Shown here: positions 38,984 through 51,796 of the stretch, piece after piece
How the letters are laid out: every line of letters starts with the position of its first letter
Numbering within the stretch: position 1 is the stretch's first letter
NCBI RefSeq assembly: GCF_006345805.1
Contig: NC_043020.1
Location: 28,272,001 to 28,336,000, forward strand
Direction: 5' to 3'
Origin: Octopus sinensis
Lineage: Eukaryota
DNA length: 64,000 nt
The notes under the pieces: model-generated
Seen by the model: the letters and a program-made list of their open reading frames with translations, nothing else
Databases searched by the model: none
Told to the model about the DNA's origin: nothing
Position numbers and translations under genes: made by a program

Positions 38984-39334
38984 TGTGTGTGTTTGCATGT
39001 ATACATGTACATATATATGCATGTATGTATAATCTTAATTTATTATTCAATGTATATATATATATTAAGCATAGGAAGACTTTTTTGAGAAGTGGCCTGA
39101 ATGAGACCTGGCTCATCATCAAATGGACTGCATTGTTGAAAAAATATTCAAGGTAATTTTTTCCATTCAGAAAATCAATTTACCCATGACTAGTGTACAT
39201 GTATATGAATATATATATATATGTATATGCATATTTACATGTATGTTTATATATATATATATGTATGTATGAGTAAACCATTTGATATATCTTTATGCTA
39301 TAGAAACGCAATGTTCAGTATTAAAACTAGCGAT

Positions 39335-39560
39335 GATGGTGACTGGCAGAATCGTTTGCACGCCGGGCAAAATGCTTAGCGACATTTTGTCTGTCTTTAT
39401 GTGGAGTTGAAATTCCGCCAAGGTCGACCTTGCCCTTCGTCCTTTCGGAGTCGATAAAACAACCACCAGTTGAGCCTTGGGGTTGATGTAATTGATTTAC
39501 CCCACTCCCACTGAACTTTCTGGTCGTTTGCCAGAATTTGAAATCAATATTAAACCTATT
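39335..39560 (+). mobile_element. SINE family B variant
   Basis: ctggcagaatcgtt...cgccgggcaaaatgcttagc...aaattccgccaaggtcgacc. Confidence 0.75.
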
Positions 39561-39689
39561 GTAGTATCATGTAATCTAATATGCAGGTATAAATATGCAT
39601 GTAAAATACAGGTAGAAAATGTAGATTTATTTACAGTTAAGCTTATATTACCATTAGCATTTGTATGGTGGTATATTTGCATATGTATG

Positions 39690-39720
<31 letters not shown>

Positions 39721-39729
39721 ATGCATAAC

Positions 39730-39762
<33 letters not shown>

Positions 39763-39769
39763 AAGTTCA

Positions 39770-40168
39770 GGAGTGGCTGTGTGGTAAGTAGCTTGTTTAC
39801 CAACCACATAGTCCCAGATTCAGTCCCACTGATGGCACCTTGGGCAAGTGCCTTCTACTATAGCCTTGGGCCGACCAAAGCCTTGTGCATGGATTTGGTT
39901 GATGGAAACTGAAAGAAGCCTGTTGTATATGTATGTAGATATATATATATATATGTGTGTGTGTATGTTTATGTCTGTGCTTGTCACCCCAACATCACTT
40001 GACAACCAATGCTGGTGTGTTTACCTCCCCGTGACTTAGCGGTTCAGCAAAAGAGACCGATAGAATAAGTACTAAGCTTACAAAGAATAAGTCCTGGAGT
40101 CTATTTGCTTGACTAAAAGGCAGTGCTCCAGCATGGCTTCTGTCAAATGACTGAAACAAATAAATGAA
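39770..40168 (+). mobile_element. SINE family A, full length
   Basis: ggagtggctgtgtggtaagtagc head to gactgaaacaaataaa tail. Confidence 0.9.
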
Positions 40169-40189
40169 TATATATAATTAAATAAATAG

Positions 40190-40470
40190 AGTCAAGAATA
40201 AGTAGGTTTAGACATCTTTTTAATAAACACTACACATGTTTCGATACAACATAGATCCATATATACACTGGATTTAAATTAAGCAATGGTTTACCTGTAT
40301 AATGGAATCCAGTTGGATAAGTTAGCATCAGAGTCAAAGATTTACTAATGGGGACAGTGATTATATATCACCTGAGGAGATATAACCGTTGCTTAATTTG
40401 AATCGTGTATATGTATCGAAACATGCATAGTGTTTATTAGATAGCTGTCTAAACCTACTCATTCTTGACT
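40190..40470. mobile_element. Inverted-repeat element (~110-bp imperfect arms) with hammerhead-like motif, probable Penelope-like terminal repeat pair
   Basis: agtcaagaataagtaggtttagac...catgtttcgatac mirrors gtatcgaaacatg...gtctaaacctactcattcttgact; CTGAGGA..GAAAC motif at 40372-40432. Confidence 0.65.
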
Positions 40471-41787
40471 ATTTATTTGATTTTATTTTAATTTCACACA
40501 CGATGAATGCCTAAATCTAGACTTGGAAGTATACCGTACTCTAATAAGTTCTTAACGCAATACACCTTTTATATATATATATATATATATATATACCAAA
40601 AGTGGAATCATATAGGTCTCCTGTCCATAAAGGGTTCAGTTTTATGGTGTATCGTCAGATCCAAAAAAACGGTTAGAATAGCAATGCGACAACCTTAAAT
40701 GACAGAGCAAAGTCACGAGGAAATTTGAATTTCGTTCATTTACCAATTCTTGGAACAGGGCGTTTTTATCACCGAAATATTGGTAATATAGACAGTTTGT
40801 TTTGTGAGTGAAGTCTGCTGTATTGTTTACATGAATCATTATCTTACATACACAACATTTCCATTGGATGTTCCAGCAATTTCAATTACATATGGATTCG
40901 TTTAGCAAGAGAGAAAAGAAAGGAAATAAAAAAACCAAGAAGAATTAATATAGCCATTCAACATCCGGCGAATTCGATGGAATGAAATTTCGACAAAGTT
41001 CTCTCGTCAGGAGCGGAAGTTACAAGTTGCTAGCACCGTATTAGAATAGCAAGTGGGCATGTGAGAGTGTGTGTGATGTGCATGTGATGTGTGTATGGTG
41101 CATGCATGTGTAAAGAAGAGTGTGAAAGTACTTAAACAAATGTTCTTGTGGTCATGTGTTTACACACACCAATATACACGTGGGCATAGCTAGCCAGCCA
41201 ATTAGATAGATGGATGGATAGGTAGGTAGGTAGATAGATGGGTAGATAGACAGATAGATAGATAGATGGGTGGGTAGGTAGATAGATAGGTAGGTAGAGA
41301 GAGAGAAAATCAAAATAATATTATGAAAATTATAAAACGAAAGATAAGATATGACTTCTTGTATTAGATTCTCGCTCAGAGAAACAGAAATCTCTTCAAC
41401 GTTTTGGATGTAAACCCTTCATCAGAAAAATAGAACCAGGAAAAAAAAAGATAAATAAAAAACGAAAAGAAAAGTAAATTTAAAAGACGAACGCAGCAAT
41501 ACCTGTGTCTTACATTAGAACTATTTTTGAAATAGCTGAAAGTGAGAAAGAAAAAGGAAGAGGTTCTGTGTGCATGAGAGCAAAAAAGAAGCTAAACTGA
41601 GAGCATAACATGTATGAACATGTAGCAACATGTATGTGGGAGGTGTTACAGAATGTGTGTGAGGGTGTGGAACTGTTTTAGAGTTAAGTTCATGTTTGTA
41701 TTTTTTCGTTTTTGTGACGTTTATTTATGAGGTATGCAATTGTGTTTGTGTGTGCATGCGTTGGTTGATTTAAATTATGTGTCAATA

Positions 41788-42152
41788 GGAGTGGCTGTGT
41801 GGTAAGTAGCTTGCTAACCAACCACATGGTTCCGGGTTCAGTCTCACTGCGTGGCATCTTGGGCAAGTGCCTTCTGCTATAGCCCCGGGCCGACCAATGC
41901 CTTGTGAATGGATTTGGTAGACCGAAACTGAAAGAAGCCCGTCGTATATATGTGTGTGTCTGTGTTTGTCCCCCTAGCATCGCTTGACAACCAATGCTGG
42001 TGTGTTTACGTCCCCGTTACTTAGCGGTTCGGCAAAAGAAACTGATAGAATAAGTACAAAGAAAAAGTCCCGGGGTCGATTTGCTTGACTAAAGGCGGTG
42101 CTCCAGCATGGCCGCAGTCAAATGACTGAAACAAGTAAAAGAGTAAAGAGAG
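41788..42152 (+). mobile_element. SINE family A, full length
   Basis: Complete head, internal TA/TG tract and tail. Confidence 0.92.
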
Positions 42153-42159
42153 AGTATGT

Positions 42160-42780
42160 GTGTGTTGCACGTATGAGTGCTTCTGTTGCTTGGGTGAGTA
42201 TGTGTGTGTAGTGATGTGCATCTGTGTGCATGTTCGCAGTGTCTGTGCGTGAAGTTGAGTGTGTTTCCGTATTGTGCTCTGTGTGTATATATATATGTCC
42301 GTGCTTGCATTGAATGCGAACGTGTGTCTGTGTGTGTGTGTGTTGTATATGTATGTGCATATGACTTTGAGTTGTTGTATGGCAGAGTAATTTTTGATGT
42401 ATGTGTGTGTGTGAGTTTGTGTATGTGGATGCGTGTGTGTGTGCGTGTGTATTCGTAAGTTTTTGAAATGTTTTTGTTTACATCATTGTTTCTTTTTTTA
42501 TGTGGTGTTTGTAGTATGTGTGTGTGCGTGTGTTTGAAAGTTGAACAAGTGCGTGTGTGTATGTGCATATGGGGTGTGCTCGCAGTGTTTTGTACATGTA
42601 TGTAAATTAATGTGTTGCTGTGTGCGTATGTGTCCTTATATTCCCTGACCATGTATGTGTGTGGGTAGATGTCTGGTTGTTTGTGTATGCGTTCCTTTTT
42701 GCAAAAGTATTTTTATATTGTCTTCTTTGGAATGTGTGAACTTTTTATTTTTATAAGTGTGTGTAGCAACATTTCTTCCA
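42160..42780. repeat. Degenerate TG-rich low-complexity region
   Basis: Direct reading. Confidence 0.8.
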
Positions 42781-42879
42781 AAATGTGCTTGTGAGTCATC
42801 ATCATCATCGTTTAAACGTCCGCTTTCCATGCTGGCATGGGTTGGACGATTTGACTGAGGTCTGGTGTACGCAGGTTGA

Positions 42880-43310
42880 CAAAATGAAGATGCTGTCGAT
42901 TTACATACATGGAAAAGGGCAACTTGAACTAGGCTGGGAATGTCCGCAGACTAAGTGCCATCTCTATATCCACCACCATAATTCCTTGATTAGGTCTCTG
43001 GATCATGTAAAAGCGGCATAGGCAGAGGAATTGGGAGTAAAGAGTGGTTGAGATTGAAGAGAGATGAATTTGGAATAGGAGTAGAAGTTAATGGGTTTAC
43101 AAAATACGGAGAAGCTGAGGGTAAGATGGGGGTAGTCGAAGAAGACAGAGATGGTGAGGAAATTAATAGAAGTTTCAGAGATGAAGGAAATGAATTCAAG
43201 AGCAAGGTGGAAAGAATTGATGAAGGCGATGGTATTGAATTGTTTCACTGGAGAGAGAAATGACATCGACAGTCGTCCCATAGCAACCATATAGCTCTGG
43301 GTGAGGGCAG
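42880..43310 (-). pseudogene. Degenerate Penelope-like reverse transcriptase fragment
   Basis: PELYG.. then, frameshifted, FINSFHLALEFISFISETSINFLTISV..HLTLSFSVFCKPINFYSY resembles PLE RT 'FINSFHPxLKFT..SETSINFLDISV..LTTSVYxKPTDSHSYL'. Confidence 0.6.
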
Positions 43311-43324
43311 TGAGCTGTAAGAAG

Positions 43325-43535
43325 ATTTGGGTAAGAGAAAACGCAGGAGGGTCAATTACTTATGGTTTTATTCAACATATTCCCCTCTCAGATTCATACA
43401 CTTGTAGCAGCAGTCCTTCAGTTTTCTAAGTCCTGTAAAAGAACTCAGAATATTGGGCCTCCAACCAGGCTTTTTGTGACACCATTAAAGCCAGAAACTT
43501 TTCGGCAAGGCTTGCACTACACCATGACGACTCTC
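43325..43535 (-). mobile_element. Mariner-derived MITE retaining the transposase C-terminus
   Basis: Minus strand encodes GLRKLKDCCYKCMNLRGEYVE*, matching mariner KCxxxxGxYVE*; aaagccagaaacttttc terminus. Confidence 0.7.
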
Positions 43536-43807
43536 ACTAACAATACCAAGAATCCCAGTGAAAAAGTGTAAGTTATCAGTCACGGTGGAGCAGCAAGTTT
43601 TATGTACAATTAAGCTTTCACTTAGAGCAATGCCTTGACAAAGACCAGGGAGAGCTCATTCCCAATGGGATTACTGCCACCTTCGGATACCAACTTGAAT
43701 AGTTCTATGTCTTGGTGTGTGTGTGTTAGAGAGAGAGAGAGTGTATGTGAATGTACATATGTATATATATATATACACATATGCATTTATAAATATATAT
43801 ATATATT

Positions 43808-44036
43808 TCTTTATTAGCCCCAGGGGGCTAAACATAGAGGGGACAAACAAGAACAGACAAAGAGATTAAGCTGATTATATCAACCCCAGTGCATAACTGG
43901 TACTTATTTAATTGACCCCGAAAGGATGAAAGGCAAAATCGACCTCAGCGAAGTTTGAACTCAGAACATAACGGCAGACGAAATACCACTAAGAATTTTA
44001 CCCGGCGTGCTAACATTTCTGCCAGCTCACTGCCTT
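43808..44036 (-). mobile_element. SINE family B, full length
   Basis: Same consensus as 22222-22459. Confidence 0.9.
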
Positions 44037-44678
44037 CTGTATAAATATATGTCTGTATATGTGTGTGTCAATATACGTATGCATCTATATATGCACACAT
44101 ATACTCACACACACACCAAGACAAGCTATATTGATTGAACTCTGGCTTTCTCGTTTTTTCACTGCTGTGGTTTCCTCCCCTCCTCCTCTCTAGTCATCCG
44201 ATATGTCGCAACGTATACTGCAGTGACAGCCCAGTTCTCACTCAGGCGGTTTTGCTTTTGTTGTTTCCTTTCTCCTTCAACCCCGTCCAAGACTGTCTGC
44301 TTGACACATATGTGTCTCAATCAATAAGCACCCTTGCATCCAGGTGAGAGAGAATTATCTCCGACGGGTATACATTCTGCCATGTCCTTACAGTGGAGTA
44401 GTTAGCAAAAATATATAACTTTATAACTAACTCCAAGAGGTATCACCGGCATATACATACATACATACATACATTTCCTTGGTACCTTTATAGAAGATAT
44501 CACTCTTGAAATACAGACATTTAATCAAAAATAAATAATAAAATTCTGTAACATGAAAAACACATAGTTATAACACACATACACACACACAGATATTCAT
44601 TCACACATATACATACATACACGTACAATTACATACTCACCCCCCACCTCTGTGGGAGGTGTAATATTATATATTTTA

Positions 44679-45258
44679 TTCTTTTACATGTTTCAGTCAT
44701 TTGGCTGCGGCCATGCTGGAGCACCACCTTTAGTTGAACAAATCAACCCCCAAGACTTACTTTTTAAGCCTGGTACTTATTCTATTGATTGTTTTTGCCA
44801 AACTGCTAAATTACGGGGACATAAGCACACCAACACCGGTTGTTGAGTGGTGATGGGAGACAAACACTCTTGCTCTCTCTCTCCCTCTCACCCACACACA
44901 CACGTATGTATATATATACGACCTGCTTCTTCCACTTTCCATCTACCAAATTCACTCACAGAGCTTTGGTCGTCTATAGTAGAAGGCACTTGCCACAGGT
45001 GCCAAGCAGTGGGACTGAACCAGGAACCATGTGGTTGGGAAGCAAACTTCTTGGTTTGTTCCCAGGGAGATTCAGCATGACACAGAATGTGACAAGGCTG
45101 TCCCCTATGAATTACAGGTACAATTCATTTTTGCCAGGTGAGCAGGCTGGAGCGACATGAAATAAAGTGTCTTGCTCAAGGACACAGCACACAGCCGGGA
45201 ATTGAAATCACAAACTTATGAGCGTTAGCTGAATACCGTAATCACTAAGCTACACACT
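44679..45258 (-). mobile_element. SINE family A (44679-45050) abutting SINE family C 5' part (45050-45258)
   Basis: Family A motifs, then cagggagattcagcatgacacag...aaagtgtcttgctcaaggacac as at 20750-20880. Confidence 0.8.
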
Positions 45259-45720
45259 TCACACATGGATGTGTGTATGTGTACATATATGTATATATAT
45301 TATATATGTTTGTGTGTGTGTGCATGTGTGTATATATACACACACACACAATCACACATGCACACACACAAACATATATAGTATTTGCCGGCATATAAGA
45401 TGTTTTTTTTTTCTTATTTTTATACACATCAAAAAATTACCATGCGTCTAATGGAGCCATATGGGAGACTAGGGAACCGGTTGAGCATCATCCTGCTGGG
45501 TCTAATAATTGTTACTAATAATAATAAAATATTGTACACAAGCCAAATTATTACAGACTTTTAGCACAAACTTACAAAAAAAAAAAATTGCTTACAGCAC
45601 GTCGGCAGCTCCGAGTTGAAGTCACAAAATATCATTACATCTGCATAACCCATACCTGAAATATCTTACATTATTTGATAACCGTATTGCCTTTAAGAGA
45701 CATTTGCTTACCACCTAAAC

Positions 45721-46070
45721 CAGTGGTAGCCAACTGGTGTCCATATGGCCCTGAGGGTCCTTAGAAGATTTTGGAGGGTCCACATAAAAAATTAGTAAAT
45801 TGAGTGGCCGATGGTATTTTAAGGGCCCCTGAAAAAATTTTGCTTTAGATGTATGCAATGGTATGTATTACAAGAAACAGTGAGGTTCCTTTCTCTAACA
45901 TTTTACATGGTTCAAATTACATAAAGTTAACGTGTGAAAAACAAAATAGGAAATTTTAAAAGAAGTTTCTGTAAAATTAGTTTTTAAACATCGAATGGCT
46001 ACAAGGGTCCACCAGAATAAGATATTAATCAAAGAGGTCCTTAGGTAAAAAAAAGGGCTAAGAACCACTG
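45721..46070. mobile_element. Old hAT (Charlie-like) MITE
   Basis: CAGTGGT...ACCACTG termini, repeated gggtcc subterminal motifs, degraded 8-bp TSD (acctaaac / atctaatt). Confidence 0.65.
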
Positions 46071-46111
46071 ATCTAATTGAAAAATTTTCCTAGAAAGATT
46101 AAAGGAATTCT

Positions 46112-46495
46112 TTTGTACTTTCATTTGTTTCAGTCGTTTGACTGCAGCCATGCTGGAGCACCACCTTTAGTTGATCAAATTGACCCCAGGACTTATTCTT
46201 TGTAAGCCCAGTACTTAGTCTATCGGTCTCTCTGGCCGAACCACTAAGTAATGGGGACGTAAACACACCAGCATCGGTTGTCAAGCGATGTTGGGGGGAC
46301 AAACACAGACACGCAAACATATACACACATATATACAATGGGCTTCTTTCAGTTTCCGTCTACCAAATCCACTCACAAGGCTTTGGTCGGCCCGAGGCTA
46401 TAGTTGAAGACACTTACCCAAGGTGCCACGCAGTGGGACTGAACTCAGAACCATGTGGTTGGTGAGCAAGCTACTTACCACGCAGCCACTCCTAC
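46112..46495 (-). mobile_element. SINE family A, full length
   Basis: Complete consensus. Confidence 0.9.
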
Positions 46496-47812
46496 ACCTG
46501 TTAAATTTCCATCCACCTTTCAGCTATTTGCAATGGATGTCAACAAACCATAGTGGGAGTGTACCACTTTGGTGCCTGATCGCAGGTACATGGAGCAACT
46601 TAGCCAGAAATACGAGTTTTAAATCCTGTATGGCAACTCTTTTTACATGAAATATAAACAACTATACAATTGATCTGTAATGAAATAAAGCCGAAACGCA
46701 ATAGTCCCATAAGGTTTATGATAAATTTATGGTTTCATACTTTATTCCAATATATGGTCGCAACATTCTGTTTACTTGCACAGAATCATACTTTTGCTTT
46801 TACAAAATCGCTTTGAACTCTCTTTTAATACCTGTATGATGAAACAGTGGAAATATTTTTTTCTGCAACATATATTTGCCAAAGAAGGAACATCTTACAC
46901 GAAAATGCATCTTGCGTCTAATACGCTGGGTAATACAATATATATGTGTATATGCATGTATGTATGTATTGTCAAGACTATTGGATATTGTTACACACTG
47001 CTGGTTACAATACACTTCCTCGCATTGTTGTAACTTTCAAATGAAAAATTCATATTATTGACTAAGCAGGTAGACCACACAGACACACCACCACCACACA
47101 GATAACCAAATCAGATAACCACAAACACACTCACGCTGTCTTGACTTAAAACAAAAAAAGCCTTGCCTCTTTGTTAGTGATCAGTTTGAATTTTGCAAAA
47201 GAAGAAAATCTCTAACACACAGAACCAGTGGGTAGTGGCTATCATAGAAGACACTTGCTCAAGGTGTCACGCAGTGGAACTGAAGCCGGAACCATGTGGT
47301 TGGGAAGCAAACATCTTGCCACGCAGCCACACCTGTACCTTTATGAATATGAGGTTGGAAGGGGGTGGGGAGCAGAAACAAAAGTGTTTTTGGTGAAGAT
47401 GTGCTTTGTATTAGTATTCATTGCAATGGATGTTTAGAATGAAAGGTGAAATTAATTCTGATCTTGGCTATGTTTTAATTCATCAGATTGGAGCCTGGCG
47501 CAGCCATCTGGTTCGTCAGTCCTCAGTCAAATCGTCAAACCCATGCTAGCATGGAAAGCAGATGTTAAAGGATGGTGATGATGTTCATAACTCTTAGGAT
47601 CATTCAGACACATAGGTCACTATACCACAAGGGGTACTGTGCCTTGTGGTGACCATATTAACATGCATAGTCTATATATATGGGTACAGGACATCACCAA
47701 CGAAAACAAATGAGTTACATATGCAAATAATGCAAAGAATGACTCTTCATCAATTGTCGACTGTCTATCTACTCCCCATTTCAAGTAGGAGAGTAGACAA
47801 CAGGCGACAATT

Positions 47813-49470
47813 GTATAAGATGTACCCAGTGTAAGCTATGGACACATAAGAGGTGCAGCAATGTCAAAGGTAGGCTAACTGGGAAGATAGTTTTTGTATG
47901 TGGCAGATGCTCAGGAGCATTAACCTCCGAAAATCTGCAGAAAATAACTTCCGTCACTTTCCAAGGGGAAAAACTAGAAGTAGTTGATAGCTTCCGTTAT
48001 CTAGGTGACCAAGTCAGTAGTGGGGGTGGGTGCGCTGAAAGTGTAACTGCTAGAATAAGAATAGCCTGGGCAAAGTTTAGGGAGCTCTTACCTCTGCTGG
48101 TGACTAAAGGCCTCTCGCTCAGAGTAAAAGGCAGACTGTATGATGCGTGTGTACGAACAGCCATGCTACATGGCAGTGAAACATGGGCCGTGACTGCCGA
48201 GGACATGCGTAAGCTCGCAAGAAATGAAGCTAGTATGCTCCAATGGATGTGTAATGTCAGTGTACATACTCGACAGAGCATTAGCACCTTGAGAGAAATG
48301 TTGTACCTAAGAGGCGTAAGTTGTGGTGTGCAAGAGAGACGATTGCGCTGGTATGGTCATGTGGCGAGAATGGATGAAGATAGGTGTGTGAGAAAGTGCC
48401 AATCCTTAGCAGTTGAGGGAACCCGTGGAAGAGGTAGACCCAGGAAAACCTGGGACGAGGTGGTGAAGCACGACCTTCGAACTTTAGGCCTCACTGAGGA
48501 AATGACCAGCGACCGAGACCTTTGGAAATATTCTGTACGTGAGAAGACCAGGCAGGACAAGTGAGCCCAGCCCACTTATGAATGCCTTTCCTCCCTTGGA
48601 CACAAAGACCTGTTGAGGCAAGCGAAGTCGATATAGAACCTCATCCGACGACAGGCACCCATGCCAACCCCTTTTGCTTGCGAAGACATGTTGGGGCAAG
48701 CGAAATCGAAATCGAATTGAACCAGCCAGGATCCCTGGTCTGGTGGTACGTAAAAAGCACTATCCGACTCGTGGCCTATGCCAGCGCCGCCTCCACTGGC
48801 TTCCGGGCCGGTGGCACGTAAAATATACCAATCTGACCGTACGACAGGCACCCATGCCAACCCCCTTGCTTGCGAAGACATGTTGGGGCAAGCGAAATCA
48901 AATCAAATCGAATTGAACCAGCCAGGATCCCTGGTCTGGTGGTACGTAAAAAGCACTATCCGACTCGTGGCCGATGCCAGCGCCGCCTCCACTGGCTTCC
49001 GTGCTGGTGGCACGTAAAATACACCAATCTGACCGTACGACAGGCACCCATGCCAACCCCCTTGCTTGCGAAGACATGTTGGGGCAAGCGAAATCGAATT
49101 GAACCAGCCAGGATCCCTGGTCTGGTGGTACGTAAAAAGCACTATCCGACTCATGGCGTAAAAAGCACTATCCGACTCGTGGCCGATGCCAGCTCCGCCT
49201 CGTCTGGCTTCCGTGCCGGTGGCACATAAAATACACCAATCCGACCGTGGCCGTTGCCAGCCTCGCCTGGCACCTGTGCAGGTGGCACGTAAAAAGCACC
49301 CACTACACTCACGGAGTGGTTGGCGTTAGGAAGGGCATCCAACTGTAGAAACACTGCCAGATAAGACTGGAGCCTGGTGCAGCCTTCTGGCTTCCCAGAT
49401 CCCCGGTCAAACCGTCCAACCCATGCTAGCATGGAGAACAGACGTTAAACGATGATGATGATGATGATGA
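47813..49470 (+). mobile_element. 5'-truncated RTE LINE: open frame 47818-48564 plus long 3' UTR ending in (GAT)n
   Basis: Frame reads RCTQCKLWTHKRC...FVCGRC...LEVVDSFRYLGD...LHGSETW...RRLRWYGHV...GRGRPRKTW without a stop; the ORF track shows only its last 154 aa. Confidence 0.93.
48649..49150 (+). repeat. ~193-bp unit tandemly repeated ~2.6 times inside the RTE 3' UTR
   Basis: cgacaggcacccatgccaaccc starts at 48649, 48842 and 49038. Confidence 0.9.
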
Positions 49471-50809
49471 TGATACCTGTATTCGTCTCTGTAACCTCAC
49501 TGATAATTTGATATAAACGCACACACACACCCATTCGCACACATACATACAAACACGTATATGATAGAAAAAGACAGCTATCAGCATACACATGCTCTGT
49601 TCTGATACATATGCACACACATGCAAACTCATCTAGAAGCAAGATCTGAGAGAACATTAAAGGAACTGACAAACCCCCTGTGATAGCAGTGGTGGTAAGG
49701 ATAGTTAATGACGATAGAGATGGCAGCAATGATGATGATAATAATAATAATATTGTGCGCAACTGGTACTTATTTCATCAACCCATTAATAATAATAAAT
49801 TATTGGCCATGGGAACCTAGTGACACATTTTCACCAACATCATCATGAGGTACAAGTAAACCAACAACAACAACGAATTAGCTTCAACATGGTTGCTCGA
49901 CCTGCACAAATTAGCAGCAAAATCTTGCTCAATCTTACCCTGCTGAAAACTAGAGAAAACTAGAGAAAAAAAAATATATATATTTTTTTTTATATATATA
50001 TGTATATATATGTAGTCCCTGATAGCTTGGATAGTCATGGATGGAAAGCCTTTTGGTCTGGGGCTAAACAGAATCAACAACTCACGTGCACACACACACA
50101 CACACACACACAGTCACTTTCATTACGAAACACTCGATTGATATATTATCTACTTCAACATGAATCTGCAGCTATCTCTATAGCAATAGATGATGGCCTG
50201 TGTGTATCACAAGCGCATTAACAACAACAACAACAGCTGCAGTTCCGGATTCTCTGATGATTAGGAATTGCTTCCAGCATTTATTCTTACGAAACATATA
50301 CACTATACATACACACATGCATACATACATGCACACATACATACACATACATACACACACAAGCTATCGCTGTACATGCGCATTGAATACCGACTAAATC
50401 CATTTATTATTCTGTGCACCTAAAGCGAAAGCAGGATATTGTAATCACTCGTTTTACAAATGGATTCACTTAAAGTGTAATTTGTTTGGAAACAAAGAGT
50501 CTGTGGTGGATTTCAACCACTAGGTGTCGCAGCGGTAGTCTAAAGGGAGGTGATTAGTGAATGCATTTGTTTCTTTAATCTTTTGTATCGGAGAGGGAAG
50601 AGTGCAGTGCCCATAACCCTTTGAAAGCACCACATCCCCTTCGAAACAGATGGAGGGAGAAAGGAGAAAGGTACACTCAAATGGGAGGCCAGGTCCGAAT
50701 GCTTGCAACACAGTCAACTTCACTAAAGACACCTAAGCTTCTATGTAGTGTGTTGAACCCGGAAGTGTAGCTTAGTGGAGGGGCAGTTTAGGATCCGGGA
50801 CATATTTTT

Positions 50810-50995
50810 ATGGGGGTAGCACTTTTGGGTATGCTGTATAAAGGAAGCAGTTTTGGGTCTGCTGCATAAGCCTCTATAGGGGGTGGCATGTTCAGATCCA
50901 CTGTATAAGCCTATGTAGAGGCCTGCAGGTTTGGATCCGTTGTATAAGGCTTTATAGGCGGTGGCACTTTTGGGTCTGTTAACCTGTATAGGGTT
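50810..50995. repeat. Degenerate ~38-41-bp minisatellite; related single unit at ~26140-26225
   Basis: Recurring ggtggcacttttgggtctgctgtataag-like units; downstream gcaaactgaa...ctctgggt shared with 26180-26215. Confidence 0.6.
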
Positions 50996-51361
50996 TAAAA
51001 GGAACAGCAAACTGAAGGGCTACTACTCTGGGTAGAACACACTAGTTTTATGAATGGTTGAAACAAGCAACAGATTAAGTCTGTCACCCGTGTAGTCCAT
51101 GGTAGAGTTTGAACCTAGAATGCCAAGGGTCGGAACAAGTGCCATGAGGCATTCATCTGGTTCTGAAAACTCTGCCAATTTACCACTGTGCACAGGACGG
51201 TGTTAATAGCATTATAAGCCCCAGGTCAATGAACGCAGTGTGCCCCCCACAGTATTTATTGATAGCAATCACCACATGCATAGATCAGAATTGGGGCTCT
51301 ATATCCATGAGGCCCCTGGGCAACAGCCCAGTGTGTTCATGCCTTAAGATAGCATTAATCA

Positions 51362-51570
51362 TGGACTGGCAGAATCGTTAGCACAATGGACAAAATGCTT
51401 AGCGGCATTTCGTCTGTCCTTACGTTCTGAGTTCAAATTCCGCTGGGGTCGATTTTGCCTTTCATCCATTTGGGGTCAATGAAATAAATACCAATGAAGC
51501 ACTGGCATCTGTAATCGACTAGCCCATTGCCTCTCCCAAAATTTCAGCCCTTGTAGAAAGAATTATTTTG
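51362..51570 (+). mobile_element. SINE family B variant
   Basis: ctggcagaatcgttagc...ttctgagttcaaattcc...gcctttcatcc. Confidence 0.8.
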
Positions 51571-51796
51571 TTGACCTTGGAAACAAGAAACATAAAATCA
51601 AAAATGACGTTGGTGAGATCTGAAATAACATTGCATTGAGTCAAAACAAACACCGCAAAGCATTCTGTTGTTATGCTGATAACGATTCAGCTGAATATTT
51701 CCATTCTTCTATGAATGTTGATGATGTAATTGTGTTGTGAGTAACACTGAGACAGCTGAGCAGAATAAATTTGGATTATGCAACAGAAGCAGTTCT

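Noticed and set aside
40985-41015. Minus-strand CTGACGA...GAAATTTC hammerhead-like word
   Set aside because: Stem II is only 2 bp and stems I and III do not form.
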